From Chiloscyllium plagiosum (taxonomy: Eukaryota), in the NCBI RefSeq assembly GCF_004010195.1, contig NC_057750.1, positions 2,046,929 through 2,110,928 on the forward strand: a stretch of 64,000 nucleotides of DNA. The letters run 5' to 3'. Made by a program: the position numbers and the translations under genes. Below the pieces are notes generated by a model. It had not been told where the DNA came from, did no database searches, and saw only the letters and a program-made list of their open reading frames with translations. Positions 39,592 through 52,477 of this stretch are shown piece after piece (positions within the stretch are counted from its first letter, which is position 1; each line of letters opens with the position of its first letter).

Positions 39592-40340
39592 TAGAGTCTA
39601 GAATCATTCACCACGGAAACGGGCCATTCGGTCCAACTAGTCCACACCAACCATGTTCCCAAACTAAGCTAGTCCTGTGTTTGGTCCATATCCCTCCAAA
39701 CCTTTCCTATTCAAGAACTTATCCAAACTTCTTTTAAACATTATAACCGTACCTGCATCCACCTCTTTCTCTGGCAGTTCATTCCATTCATTAACCTTTC
39801 TCTGTGTGAAAAAAATTGCCCCTCATGTCCCTTTTAAATCTTTCTCCTCTCTCCTTAAAAATATGCCCCCAAGTTTTGAACACCACACCCTAGGGAAGAG
39901 ACCTTTGCTATTCACCTTATCTATGCCCCTCATGATTTTAAAAACTTCTATAAGGTCACTCCTCAATCTCCTATGCTCCACTGAAAAAGTCCCAGCCTAT
40001 CCAGCCTTGCCTTCTAGAAAAACTCTCCATTCCCGGCAACGTCCTGGTAAATCTCCTCTGAACTCTCTTCAGCTTAATACCCTTCCTATTGCAGGGTACA
40101 CACGGTACTCCAGAAGAGGCCTCACCAACATCCTGTACAACCTCAACAAGTTTCCTAATGAAGGGCTTATACCCAAAACGTCAATTCTCCTGCTCCTCAG
40201 ATGCTTCTCCTGCTCCTGTCTACTTTTCCAGCATTTTACTCTTGACTTTGGTTCCCAACTCCTATGCTGAAAGTTCTGAGCAGGGAAGGCAAGCGGGCTA
40301 AATGCCTTCTTAACCACCCTGTCTATGTGTGCTCCAGCAA
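39592..40340 (-). mobile_element. CR1 LINE 3' fragment with nested PLE piece
   Basis: Typical CR1 3' end; minus peptide [15 protein letters not shown]. Confidence 0.8.
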
Positions 40341-41070
40341 AACCCCTCATATGTTCAAAGTTATCCCTTAACCTTCCCAGCTCAGAGAACAATCTTTGCA
40401 TTTCCAATCTCTGATTTCCCTCATTCCCTGAAAAACCAACTCTTTACCCTTTCCGGAGTCTTGACATTTTTCCTGAAGTGCGTTGCCCTGAATTGAAAAT
40501 CGTATTGCTTATTGCAACAGTTGTTTCCTGCCAATGTTCCCTACACATTGCTTGTATGTAACCCACTCACCCATCTACTTCTTCATTTATGCTTTATTCC
40601 TAGCAGATATCAAAATCCAGTTCTCAACTTTACAAAATATCAAAAGATATCCCTAAATTCCTTGACTTTTGTTCTCAAAATGTGCCATCTTAATAAGTAG
40701 TACCAGGAGTAGACCATTCAACCCATCAAGCATACTCTGCCACTTGATTAGATCATGCATGTTCTCACGGTGGCCTTTACTCTTGCCTGTCCTGTCCCAC
40801 ATAGCCCTGACATAGAGTCATAGAGTTCCTTGTACATCTGGAATCTATCTGAACTGTGCCTTAATATAATTAATGACACAGTCTCCATCATTTTCTGGGG
40901 AAGAGAGAGTTAAAAATATTAATGATTCTTGAGAGAAAAAAAGTCCTCTTTATCCTCATTATAAATAGGGAGACACCTTGTGTTTGAACTGCGCACCCCT
41001 ACTTTTCGATAACTCCCATAAGAAGAAATATGTTCCCAACATCTGCTTGGTCAAATCAAGGGCTGTTACC

Positions 41071-41194
41071 TTTCCTGATGAAGGGCATATGCCTGAGACA
41101 TCGAGTCTCCTGCTCCTTAGATGCTGTCTGACCGGCTGTGCTTTTCCAGCACCACACTCTTCAGTTCTGATCTCCCCATATCCTCACTTTCCCC
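41071..41194 (+). mobile_element. PLE family A pLTR fragment (a similar copy lies at 40151-40249)
   Basis: TTCCTGATGAAGGGCATATGCC...GATGCTG..TGACC..CTGTGCTTTTCCAGCACCACAC followed by the tail. Confidence 0.75.
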
Positions 41195-42117
41195 ATATCT
41201 GTGCTACAATTTGAATTGAGTAATGAAGTGGTCCTTTCAGTTTTACTCAATTTGACACCACCCCCCAACAACCCAGGCCAAAACAAATCCCCACAAGTGA
41301 GCCCCTTGCCAAGTGCAGATTTTCAGTCTACAAGAGGGTTTCTGGTGCAATAAAGAGAAGGGTTCAAGTGAAGGCTTGGCTTGTACTGACTTCCTTCCCA
41401 AGTCTGTGTGGCTCAGTTTTGTTTTATGCTTCAATGTGAAAAGCGTCATTTTTGAGAGTGTGCTTTCACTTCCTTCTCTAGCGAAGTAGGACTGGGGCCC
41501 AGCCAAAGCAACTGATTAGTGACACTGCTCCTGCCTGTCCCTCTGAACACCCATCACCTGATGGATCAGGTCCACTTCCACATTGGCAATGAGGCCAGAA
41601 AGATAGGTCGTCTGCCTCCATTTATTTACTTGTTTAGCCTTGTTGTGCCCTTGATGCTAATTTGAAGCCTGGCACATACCCTACACAATTCCCCCACGAC
41701 CACCCCACAGTCCTTGATGATCTGTACAGGATGACAGGGTGCAGTGCTGTTTGCAAGGTAAGGCAACCGTGAACAAAGGGCATCGCAATCTTGGTATCTC
41801 CAAAGAATCTCCCAGTACTTAGTTACTATGTGAAGTTCCTAAATTGTCCCCCAGCTGAGAATGAGTCATTTTCTATATTGGGAATAACAGGCGTGGGTTA
41901 TTTTGTCCTGTGATGCTACAGGGCACAATTTTCTTCAACTACTACTGGTCAGCAACTTACAAATTGAAGCCTCCAAATAATTCTCGAAAGGGTAGCTCAA
42001 CATCTCCAAGCTATGCTCCTGAATCCAACAAGACTGTGTTTGAATGTTTGCAACCCTTCTGTTTACATATGAGGTTATTAAGTTTATGATGTTTCACTCC
42101 TATCTCTCTTAATTTAT

Positions 42118-42270
42118 GATGTGGAGGTGTCTGGTTTGGACAAAGCCAGAAGTCACATGGCACCAGGTTACAGTGCAACAGGTTTATTGAAACCACAAGC
42201 TTTCGGAGCACTGCTCCTTTATCAGGTGAAGTGAAGGTCACCTGAAGGAACAGCGCTCTGAAAGCTTGTC
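42118..42270. mobile_element. PLE family B mini-element (same terminus as 6056-6190; further pieces at ~13232-13305, 16925-17020, 51492-51594)
   Basis: CACCAGGTTA.AGT.CAACAGGTTTAT core and two oppositely oriented hammerhead-like motifs. Confidence 0.7.
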
Positions 42271-42280
42271 TTTTAATTGA

Positions 42281-43243
42281 TGTTAAGATGCAAGAGCAAA
42301 GGTGTTCATGTACCCTGTTCTGAATTGTGCCTGACAGCGAGCTTAATGGATTGGTGCTTAATGGATTGGTTCTTAAAGGTTAAAAAGGGGATCCATTATG
42401 AAGAAGATTTGAGATATTCGTAATGATCCAAAAAGGTGTTTTGACAGTGGATAGGCTGTTAAACTCCCAACACCCAAGTGTAACAAATGTCAAGTTTTGT
42501 AGACCATTTTACTTTAAACTGCCTAATTCCAAGATGGAATAAAGTAGGGGATCTAAGGATACCTAGTTAGCAGTTCTATCTTGATAGAAGGTCCAAGTAA
42601 TTCATATTATCAAGAGGATGGGCTTTGTTATCAGATTGTTTTCCTGAGGTTTCGCACACAAGATGCAATTTGCACACACCAACTTCTGCAAACAGTTAGT
42701 TTATTAAAGCCTGTACAAACGAGGTGACCCTCCTTTGACCCTCCTCGCAGGTGTGCAAAGTTGAGTCAAAAGAGCCCCGAACAAAGGAAATACATCCTCT
42801 TTGTAAAGGTCAGTTGATAATGCTCACACGTACTCCAGCTACTCAGGTCATGAGGGCTTAAACAAAACTGGAAGATTCACTTCGCATTGACACGAGTGAG
42901 GAATCTGTGGGGTCAACCACACTGTGAAAAGTTTAGGATTAGAATTTGTCTGTCAGGAAGGAAAGTGCTAAGAATCACCTCATATAGTTCATGACAAATA
43001 GTGTGTCTGCTTACAGACAAAGTATAACTATGAAGGGAGATTTTCAGCTCTTTTAAATGTTAAATGGTGGATCTTTGTAGTTTAGGCTCTAAGTTGCTGT
43101 CTGAATTGTGTTAGTCGATATTACTTTCAGTTTGTGTGTTATAGTAAAAATCTTAACTTGAAATCTTGTGTGACTCTTTCAGTCATTCTCTGAAAGCTTG
43201 ATTTTTTAAAAATTATATATCATTCTGTAGTCCAATCATAACA
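42281..43243 (+). mobile_element. Putative solo LTR
   Basis: Begins TGTTAAGAT and ends ATCATAACA (TG...CA with 8/9 inverted terminal match), non-coding. No clear TSD. Confidence 0.4.
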
Positions 43244-43310
43244 TCACTGGACTACAGAATGATATATTTTTTTTTAAAAATCAAGCTTTCAGGAGTGACT
43301 GAAAGAGTCA
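43171..43310. repeat. Long inverted repeat (~64-bp arms, 13-nt loop)
   Basis: 43171-43234 is the reverse complement of 43248-43310 with few mismatches. Confidence 0.9.
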
Positions 43311-43408
43311 TAACATGATTGGCCAGTCACTTTTAATGTGTTCACAACATTAAGACCTGAAGTTGATGTCCGTTCTCTTTGTAAACATGTTCTTAATTTA
43401 ACAATCAG

Positions 43409-43474
43409 CTCGATGGCGACGATCTCCTTGATACGACAGCTGATCCTGCCAGCGCCTTCTTCACTGATGCATCT
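43409..43474 (+). CDS. BICRA: BICRA coding exon 3 (LDGDDLLDTTADPASAFFTDAS)
   Basis: 66-nt phase-0 exon with ATCAG acceptor and TCT|GTGAGT donor. Aligns to recalled human LDSDDLLDNPGEAQSAFYEGPG. Not in the ORF track. Confidence 0.9.
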
Positions 43475-43854
43475 GTGAGTGTTCACTCTTAATCTCCTCC
43501 TCCATTTCTTGGGCCTCAAAGAATTTTAAATTGATGCAACATGTCATGCCTTGAATCCGGGCTGAATAGAGATGAAAACTAAGGAAATTGCAGAGGATTT
43601 GTTAAGTTCTTAATGGCATTAAAACTTTAACATTTTGGTGTTTGTTTTGGTGTACATCATATTGGATATTTGATGTTGGCTTATTTTCATATTCTATATC
43701 AAAAGCATTCTGACTACTTCTAACCCCCATCCTCAACCCACTCTCCTAGGGGGGGGAATATGCTAGTTATGACCATTTCCTACAAATTATCTGCTGGTCA
43801 GTCTTCAACGGTGAGTTTAGAGTGGATGCAAAAACAGGAGGAACCAAATTAAAC

Positions 43855-44633
43855 CATAAGATATAGGAGCAGCAATAGACCATTTGACCCATCGAGTTTG
43901 CTTTGTTATTCAGTGGCAATTGATAATCCTCAACTTCATTTTCCTGTCTTCTCCCCATCATTCCCTTACTGATTAAAAATCTATCTCCATCTTGATCCAG
44001 CCTCAGCAGTCCTTAGTGGTAAAGAATTCCATAGATTTGCTTCTCTGAGAGAAGAAATTCATCCTCGTCTTTGTCCTAACTGCGGACAGTACCCAGAGAT
44101 TATTCTTTCTAGTCTTAGACTCCTTTATAAGGAGATCCAACATTTCTGCATCTCCCCAGTCAAGTTCCTTAAAAATCCTATGTTTCAATAAGTTCTCCTC
44201 TTGTTCTTCTAAATTCCAATGAGTACAGACCCAATCTACTCAATCTCTCCTCAAAGGAAGACCCCTACATACCTAGGATCAACTCATGAATCTTTTCCAA
44301 ACTGCCTCCTGTGCTGTTATAGATCCCCTTACAGAAGGGGACCAATCGTTATCACAAAACTTAGCTATCTTTATATCCTTTTGAATTAAAGACCAAAATT
44401 CAGTTCGCTTTCCCTATAATCTGCTGAAGTTGTATGTTTGCTTTTTGTGATTGAATGCGTGAGGACTCCCAAATCCCTCTGCGCTGCAGCTATCAACAGT
44501 TTCTCTCCTTTTAAATAATATTCCTCTCCTATATTTTTCCTGTCAAAGTGCATAAACTCACATATCCCACATCCTCTTCCACATCCCAAAGTTCTGCTCA
44601 TTCTCATAACCTGTCCATAAACTCCTGTAATAT
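43855..44633 (-). mobile_element. CR1 LINE 3' fragment (host of the 44634-45922 PLE; resumes 45923-45980)
   Basis: Minus peptides EFMHFDRKN...QRDLGVL and RMNFFSQR. Confidence 0.75.
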
Positions 44634-45922
44634 GTTTGAGAAGATTTGTAGCTCAGGTTGATGATGAGTCTGTAAGTTAGCTCGCTGAGCTGGAAGGTTT
44701 GTTTTCAGACGTTTCATCACCATACTAAGTAACATAATCAGTGGGAGTCTCTGGTGAAGCGCTGGTGGTATGTCCCGCCTCTCGATTTATAAGTCTTGGT
44801 TTCTGATGGTGGGTGATGTCATTTCTGGTTCTTTTTTTCCAAGGGAAGGTAGATAGGAACTAAATCGATGTGTTTATGGATGGAGTTCTGGTTAGAATGC
44901 CATGTCTCTAAGAATTCTTGTGCGTGTCTTTGTTTCGTCTGTCCTAGGATGTGTGTGTTGTCCCAGTGAAAGTGGTGTCCTTCTTTGTCTGTATGTACAG
45001 AAACTAGTNNNNNNNNNNNNNNNNNNNNNNNNNNNNNNNNNNNNNNNNNNNNNNNNNNNNNNNNNNNNNNNNNNNNNNNNNNNNNNNNNNNNNNNNNNNN
45101 NNNNNNNNNNNNNNNNNNNNNNNNNNNNNNNNNNNNNNNNNNNNNNNNNNNNNNNNNNNNGGTTTGTTTCTGAGGAATCAGTGGATTGTGTTTATTGGGT
45201 ACCCATTTTTCTTGAAAACCTGTATATCTATTTTTCTTCTGCTTTTTGTAGTTCTTGGGTGCTGCAGTGTGATGTAGCTCCTTAAAATAATGTCTTGATG
45301 CAGCTCCGTTTGTGAGTTTTGGGATGATTGCTTCTGAAGTTAAGTATTTTGTCCATGTTTGTTGTTTTTCTGTAGATGCTGATTTGAAGCTCTCTGTTAA
45401 CTGTTTGTTCAACTGTCACACTTAGGAATGGGAGTGTATTGTCGTTCTCCTCTTTTGTAAATTTTTTGCCTGTCAGGATATTGTTGATAGTGTTGAATGC
45501 TTCCTCTAATTTGTTCCATTTCTGATGACAAAGGTGTGATCAACGCAGCGGACCCAAAGTTTGTGTTGGATAGATGGGAGGGCAGCTTGTTCAAGAGTCT
45601 ACATTACTGCTTCGGCAATGACCCCTGATACTGGTGCTAGACCCACTATCGCTGGGACAGGTCAAAGACATGCATGAAAATTCTTAGAGGCATGGCATTC
45701 TAGCCAGAACTCCATCAATAAACACATCGAATATCGATCCTATCTACCTTGCCTTGAAAAAAAAATTGAAAATGACATCACCCTAAAGAAACCAAGACTT
45801 ATAAATAGAGAGGTGGGACATTCTACCAGCGCTTCACCAGAGTGTCTCAATGATGATGTTACCTTGTCATGGTGACGAAACGTCTGAAACCAAACTTTCA
45901 AGCTCAGCAAGCTAACTTACAT
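44634..45922 (-). mobile_element. Penelope-like element (second family), truncated, with inverted terminal repeats; spans an assembly gap
   Basis: Minus-strand endonuclease C-terminus (HHFHWDNTHILGQTKQRHAQEFLETWHS). ~44670-44945 is inverted relative to ~45655-45922. ACTCCTGTAA(T/C)AT duplicated at 44621-44633 and 45923-45935. Inserted in a CR1. Confidence 0.85.
45848..45886 (+). ncRNA. Degenerate hammerhead motif (PLE family C); mirror copy at 44706-44743 (-)
   Basis: CA-aTGATGA-T-GTTACC ttgtcat GGTGAC-GAAA-CGTC-TG. The mirror copy reads CA-CTGATtA-T-GTTACT tagtat GGTGAT-GAAA-CGTC-TG. Confidence 0.55.
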
Positions 45923-47956
45923 ACTCCTGTAACATCTTTGTTATCCATACCACTTGCCTTTCCACCTATTTTGGTGTCAGCAGGGATGATTAATGACCAG
46001 TTCATCTGTTTTTGGTGTGTCCAGCTGTGGGAGAAATGTTATCCACCTCCTTCATCATACAACTGGACCTCCTATTTGACATTGTATTCAAAACACAGTT
46101 CCTCCTGCAACGTGGCACTCCTGTAGTGCTGTATTACTAGATTAGATTTTGAGCCCAAGTCATAGCATGGGAATGAATGTAAAATCCTATTATTCAGGGG
46201 GCAAGAGTTTTGCATACCTCACCAAACTGATACTCTGCTAATGCCTTTGCATCCTTCTGCTCTCCAAGGGAAATAACTCCAGCCTTTGTAGTCTTTCTTC
46301 ATTGTGGAACATTCCAACTTGGCCAACGTGGTGCTGCATCTCCTCTGCACCCTCTTCAGTGTAATAGCATCTTGCCTGTTGTACAGCAACCAGAACAGCG
46401 CATACCGCTTTAGTGTGGTCTAAACAGTATCCTCCAACATGACGTCCTAGCTCTTGTATTCTATGCTTTTTCCCCTGAGCCCTCCAAATATTTACTTCTC
46501 AAGTCTTTATCCAATTCCCTTTTTTGAAAGTTACTGTTGAATCTAATCCCACCGCCCTTTCAGACAGTACATTATAGGTGGCTGGGTAGCGATGCAGAGT
46601 GACATCAACAGCATCAGTTTAATTCCTGCACTGGCTGAGGTTATCATGAAGGTCCCACCTTCACCTCGCCTCTCACCTGAAGCATGATGACCCTCCAGTT
46701 AAACTCACCAGCACTGATCTCCTTCTGTCTAATGAGAGAGCCCTTTGGTACGCTGGGACTATGGCAGCTTTACTGTTTTACATTCCAGACAATCATTAAC
46801 CCACTGGCTTAGAAACATTTCTCCTCAACTCCCTTCTGCTTCCATTCCCAATTTCCTAAAATCCATGTCTTCTGATTAATGGTCATCAAGTCCCTGGCAG
46901 CAGTTTCTCTCTGTGTATCGAGCCTTTCATAACTTTGAACATATATTCTGTCTCCCCCTTCACCTTCTCTGCCACACAAAAACAGTTTCAGTCTTTGCAT
47001 TTGACTTTAGAGAGAAATGGTGGTACAGTGGTAATATCACTAGGCTAATTCCCCAGGCTTGGGGGACTTGGATTCAAATCTTGTTATTATTAATAATTCA
47101 TGGGATGAGAGCATCACTGGCTGGGCAGTATCCCCAACTACACAGAGGGCAGTTAAGAGTCAACCACATTGCTGTGGGTCTGGAGTCGCATGTAGTCCAG
47201 ACCAGATGAAGGTGGCAGTTTCCTTCCCTAAAGGACATCGGTGAACAAGGTGGGTTTTTCCCAACAATCGACAATAGATTCATGGTCAACATTAGACTCC
47301 TAAATGAAGACATTTATAGAATTCAAACTCCCCCATCAGTCGTGGCAGGATTTGAACCTGCATCCGCAGAGCATTACCCGGGTTTCTGGATTAACAGCCC
47401 AGTGATAATACCACTAGGCTGTTGCCTCCCCTGCAGCAGCTGCTGGAACATAAATTCAATTAATTTTTTGTTAAACTTGGAACTGAAAGATGAGAAACTA
47501 TCATCAATTGTTGCAAAAATTCATTTGATTCACTCATCCTGTCGGGATAGAAATCTGGCCGACACATGATTCCAGACCCACAACAACTTGGTCAGCTCTT
47601 AAATCTGAAGGGCACTGGGGATAGGGAACAAATAATACTTTGCCCACATCCCATGATGATATAATTTTAAAAAAATTTAAGTCCCTCCTCCCATGTATCA
47701 TTTGAATAAATCTGTATCTTCCCTATTGTTTAATATCCTTCCTGAATTGTGATGCCCAGAACTTGATATGTTAGTATGAAAGGTGCTGTAGAAACATGCT
47801 TTCATTTTGTATTCTATTGTCATTCAATTAACATTCCAGTTAAAGTGATTCAATCGCATTTCAGTTGCTGCATGAGCGTTGCTGTGATCCTTGACTGTTA
47901 ATTGTTTTGGACTGGAGAATCTAATTGAGAGTTGCTAATGTATTGAATTTTTTCAG

Positions 47957-50011
47957 CTTAATGTACAGGATACGACTGTTAATCATTTGAACAGCGGGCA
48001 GACTCAGAATTCCTCCAGCGCAGTCGATCTCGATTTCCTGGAAGATGATATCCTTGGGCCATCTCCTGGTTCCAACTTGCAGAATTCTGACCAGCCGTGT
48101 GATATCTTGCAGCAGAGCTTGCAAGAGGCTAACATCACAGAGCAGTCTTTAGAAGAGGATGCTGATCTAGACATTGCCTCGCTCCATTTCCCTTCCTTGC
48201 AGCCGGTATCACAGGCAGCTGATGCCTCCCAGCTTTTCTCAACTAGCACTGATCTGATTGGTTTGCAGCAGCAGCCCACAGTCCTTGCCCAGCAGACTCT
48301 GATCCAGCAACAGACCATAGGCGGCCAAGTTGTGAACAAGGCCATCAACGTACAGCCCTTTTTGCAGCAAGTCGGACTCGGCAATGTGACCTTGCAGCCC
48401 GTCTCGAATCTCCAGGGGCTGCCAAACGGAAGCCCGTCCGGGGCATTGGGCATCGGGCAGATCCAAGTGGTTGGGCAGTTGTCAAACCAGTCAGTCATGA
48501 CCATCAACCAGCCGGCACAGCAGATCATCACAAAGGCTGGGCAGCCTACCCAGGTGACCACCGTGCCGGTCGGGAGCTATATATCTTCGCCGGCCTCGGA
48601 CCAGCAGCAAGTGGCCTTGAACTCTGCTGGGGTCTCGCCGCCCAACGCTGGACTCGTGCTCCAGAAGAGTGCCCCTCCTGGAGCATTGAATGGAAACTCT
48701 CTCTTTGCTGGTACATCCATCGCTCAGGCAAATCAGGCGCTGACGGTCAGGCCCACCATGAGCAATCCCATGACGCAGGCTCCACTCTCAGCCCAAAACG
48801 TCATCATTCAGAGGACCCCGACTCCAATCCAGCCAAAGCCAACGGGAGGAGTCATCCAGCACAAACTCTTTCAGATTAGCTCGAAGCCGTTTGCTTCCAC
48901 CAATACTGCACTGACCATCCAGAATGAAACTTCACTGCAGCAGCAACAGCAACAGCAGCAGCAGCAGCAACAGCAGCAACAACAAAAGGCCCAACAGAAT
49001 GTGACTTTCATGGCAGGGAAGCCTGTGCAGAATGTGGTTTTCTCTGCCTCCGGGACTGGGTTCCCCCAGACTATCTCCTCCAATGTTTTCAAGCAGCATC
49101 AGGCGCAGCAGCAAGCCTTGGGCAAATCCCTGAGTCTGCACCTGCAAGGTGGCAGCATTGTCATTCAGCCTCAGCATATGCAGCAGGCTATGCTTCAGAG
49201 TCAGAACCAGTTCCTCCTGCAAGGCCAACTGTCTGGTGCCTCAGCTGTCCCTCTTTCCCAACAGCTCTCTGCCTTGCAGGCAAATGTGGGCGGGCAGATA
49301 CTGACTGCCCAGTCTGCTGGTGGTCAGGCGCCCGCGACCCACATCATTGCTAGCCAGGGTCCGGCCGGTCAGCTGATCGCCAACCAGACCTTGCCGGCTC
49401 AGATCTTGACCAACCAGAACATCGCCGGACAGCTGAACTTGAGCCAGGTAATAGCAGCCCAGAATGCTCACGGAGCAACCCATATCTTGTCTGCTCCCAT
49501 CCAGCTGCAGCCTGGCCCCGTGGGTCAGTCTGCAGTCTTCCAGATGCCAGTGTCTTTAGCGAATAGTCTGAACCCTCAGACATCAGCACCTGTCCAGGCA
49601 ACCCTGGCCGGTGGGGCCGTCAACCAGCAGAGCCAGTCGGCTGTCGTACAGGGAGTGACACTGCCCAACCAGGTCACCATGCTGAACAGTGGAGAGAGTC
49701 TCGGACAGTCAGTGAGCATCCAACAGCCGGCCAGCAACGCCCAGGGCTCCAGCGTCATCCAGCAGCAAGCGGGACCTGGCCCTGGGTTAATGGCTCTTGG
49801 GAATGGGCAGCCCTCGTTGCTGACTGTCCAGACTGCCATAGCATCTCCAGCTCAGCCATCGCAACAGCAGCAATCCGTCCAGGCGCAGTTAGCCTCAGCC
49901 CCTCAGTCCAGCAGCAGCAGTATGGTGCAAACCCCTGGGAAAATTATTATCAGCCAGCAAGGATCTGCGGGAGTCATCAGCCAAGATGCAGCTGACATGT
50001 TCTTCCAACAG
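47957..50011 (+). CDS. BICRA: BICRA large coding exon 4 (685 codons, Q/P/S/G-rich low-complexity region)
   Basis: TTTTTTCAG acceptor, CAG|GTAAGG donor, within ORF 47987-50116. Contains BICRA motifs VDLDFLEDDIL, DQPCDILQQSLQEANITEQ, QPFLQQVGLGNVTLQP, RTPTPIQPKP and FQMPVSLA. Confidence 0.97.
48938..48985 (+). repeat. Mixed CAG/CAA coding repeat, polyglutamine Q16
   Basis: 16 consecutive CAG/CAA codons in the large BICRA exon. Confidence 0.95.
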
Positions 50012-51411
50012 GTAAGGTTAAAAGGCTGTGATATTTCAATGCAGCTGTTTTTTCAATTCACTCACAGATGTCAGCATCACTGGCTAGGCCAGCATTTATT
50101 ACCCATTCCTATTTGACCAGAGGGCAGTTTGGAGTCAACCCCATTGCTGTGGGTGTGGAGTCAAATGTAGGTTAGACCAGGCAAGGATGGCAGCTTCCTT
50201 CTCTAAAAGGCATTAGTGAACCAGATGGGTTTTTCCAACAACCACAACAGTTTCACGGTCATCATTAGACTCCCCTAAATTTATCGAATTCAAATTCCGC
50301 CATCTGCGGTGGCAGGATTCGAACCAGAGTTCCCAGAAAATTACCAAGCTCTTGGAATAATAATCTAGCAAATGATTCCACGAGGCCATCGGATCCCCTT
50401 TAAAGATTCAAGGCCTTCCTCCTTTCTCCTGCGGTTTGCTTTCCTCGCACGCTCCTCCACTGGGAATCTGGTTCAGCAGAAATGGGCCACTGCGGAGCTT
50501 TGGCACAAAGTGATGTGATGGCAGGGCCTGACTGACTGCCTGTGGCGTTGTAGTTGTGACCACTTCACATGTGCACAGTCACAGCTGCATTGCTGAAATC
50601 ACACCCCGGATCCCAGCCGGGACACACTGTCAGTCTCCTCCAGGTAATCTGGCTGAGAGCACAGAAGCTAGAAATCTAACTCGAGACTTTGGGAACTCTT
50701 ACAGTCCTGATGTCAAATGAAGCCATGCATTCAGCAGCTAAGCGTGAAGAACATATATTGGGTGGAATGTTAATCACTCTTGTTTGACGCTCCTTGTCTG
50801 AGGAGAGGGAAAAAAAATTACGCCCACCTCTCTCAGCTCCTAAATAGTAATAATTGTGCCAGAACGTATGTACTGGAGGAAGTCATTCAAGTCTGTCCCC
50901 CTTTCCATTAGATCATGGCTAAACAAAAAGTCAGTAGAGATTCTCCAAAGTAAGCTGCTGAGCCGAAGCACGGGGGAATTAGAAATGAGAGCCTAATTGC
51001 AAGTTGTGGTTCTGTGATTTCTTTTGCAGGAGATTGTTTGTCCTGTCTTTCCTGAAATGAATGAGCTCCGAGGCACGTTTCCACTACAGTCTCTGTTTGT
51101 CTCCTCTCAGCCCCAGCTCATCAGCCTTCTCATCTGGTCACCTGACTTATTGTCACAGCCATGATTGAGGGAGGTTTAAGTTAAAGCTGTCTTGTTTCTC
51201 CTGACTCATAGTGGTAGGCCTTAATCAGTAACTCACCCGTGTGAGTGTCGGGGTTTGAGCGGCATCAGGTCCAAACCTGATCTCTCTCCTCCCAGGGATC
51301 ACTGCTTCGGGGTTCCAGTAACAAGCATTATGACAGGTGCAGCAATGCAGGTTACTTCTCCACAATCTCAGGCTTAAACTGACCCTCTACATTTGTGTTC
51401 TTCAGAGGGCA

Positions 51412-51413
<2 letters not shown>

Positions 51414-51476
<63 letters not shown>
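51414..51476. repeat. (GT)n microsatellite
   Basis: About 31 uninterrupted GT units. Confidence 0.95.
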
Positions 51477-51478
<2 letters not shown>

Positions 51479-52477
51479 ACGCGCGCACACAATGTGGAGG
51501 TGCCAATGTTGGACTGGGATGGACAAAGTCAGAAGCCACATGACACCAAGTTATAGTTCCAACAGATTTATTTGAAATCACAAGTTTTCAGAGTGGTCTG
51601 TGTCTATGCGTGTCTTTAGGAGTGCTTTCTGACATCGCCCCTGAACAATCAAATTCTAGTTGTAAAGTTGCACCTCCTTGTTCTGGATTCCCCCAAATTA
51701 AAGCACACCATTTCTCTCTCTTTACCATTTAATTATCTCTAACCCCTCAATTAGATCATGTCTCGACTTGTCTAAATTTGAGCAGAAGAACCAAGGATAA
51801 TAGAGCTTATTCTTATGATTTAACCCTTTGGGTCCCAGTGATATTCTGATAAGTCTGCCCTGTGCTCTCCTTCCACTGTTAGTATCTTTTCCCTGAAGTG
51901 TGGTGCCTGGAACTGAATGCAGTTACTCTAAGTGGGACCAGGACAGTGAACAGCTGAAGCACCACTTTCCTTTATGTTCCGTGTTGTTTGAAATAAAGGC
52001 CGATCTATCATTAGCCCAGTGGAGCTATTAGATTTACATTTCTAATATCATATAATTTCCGTCAACCAACAGTTGACGGTGTTTATACTGTCAGTCCTGC
52101 CAGAATTGACTAGGATCGGAATTGTTTTTATCTTTCCACTGCCACTCATCCTGAAAATCAATCCAAGGTACTCTGGGCTATAGCTTCATTGTGAGCTTTG
52201 TCCAACCACCATAAGATGCGCTTGTCTCATGTCCTGATGTTCCCTGAGCTGCAGGACCCAGAGACCTCGGTGGTCAGTCAGCGGTGAGACTGGAGACCAA
52301 GGGAATGGTTGACTTTTCCAACTGAACCCTCAGGAAGCAGTAGTGCTTATAGCAGAGAGTGTAGATTATAGAACAGGTGGAACTACACAGTATAGATAGA
52401 TTTATTAATGAAACACAAACTGTGCAGTAAAGCTAAAAAGGCAGATACCAACCAACATGCGAATCTAACAGTAGGGG

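Noticed and set aside
41214..41252. Small hairpin AATTGAGTAA...TTACTCAATT
   Set aside because: A 10-bp AT-rich stem is plausible by chance in 64 kb and has no other support.
48004..49839. Minus-strand ORFs overlapping the large BICRA exon
   Set aside because: Shadow ORFs of a GC/CAG-rich coding exon with no independent support.
47987..50116. 709-aa ORF as a standalone single-exon gene
   Set aside because: It starts at TTG, is bracketed by splice sites at 47957 and 50011, and joins upstream and downstream BICRA exons in frame.
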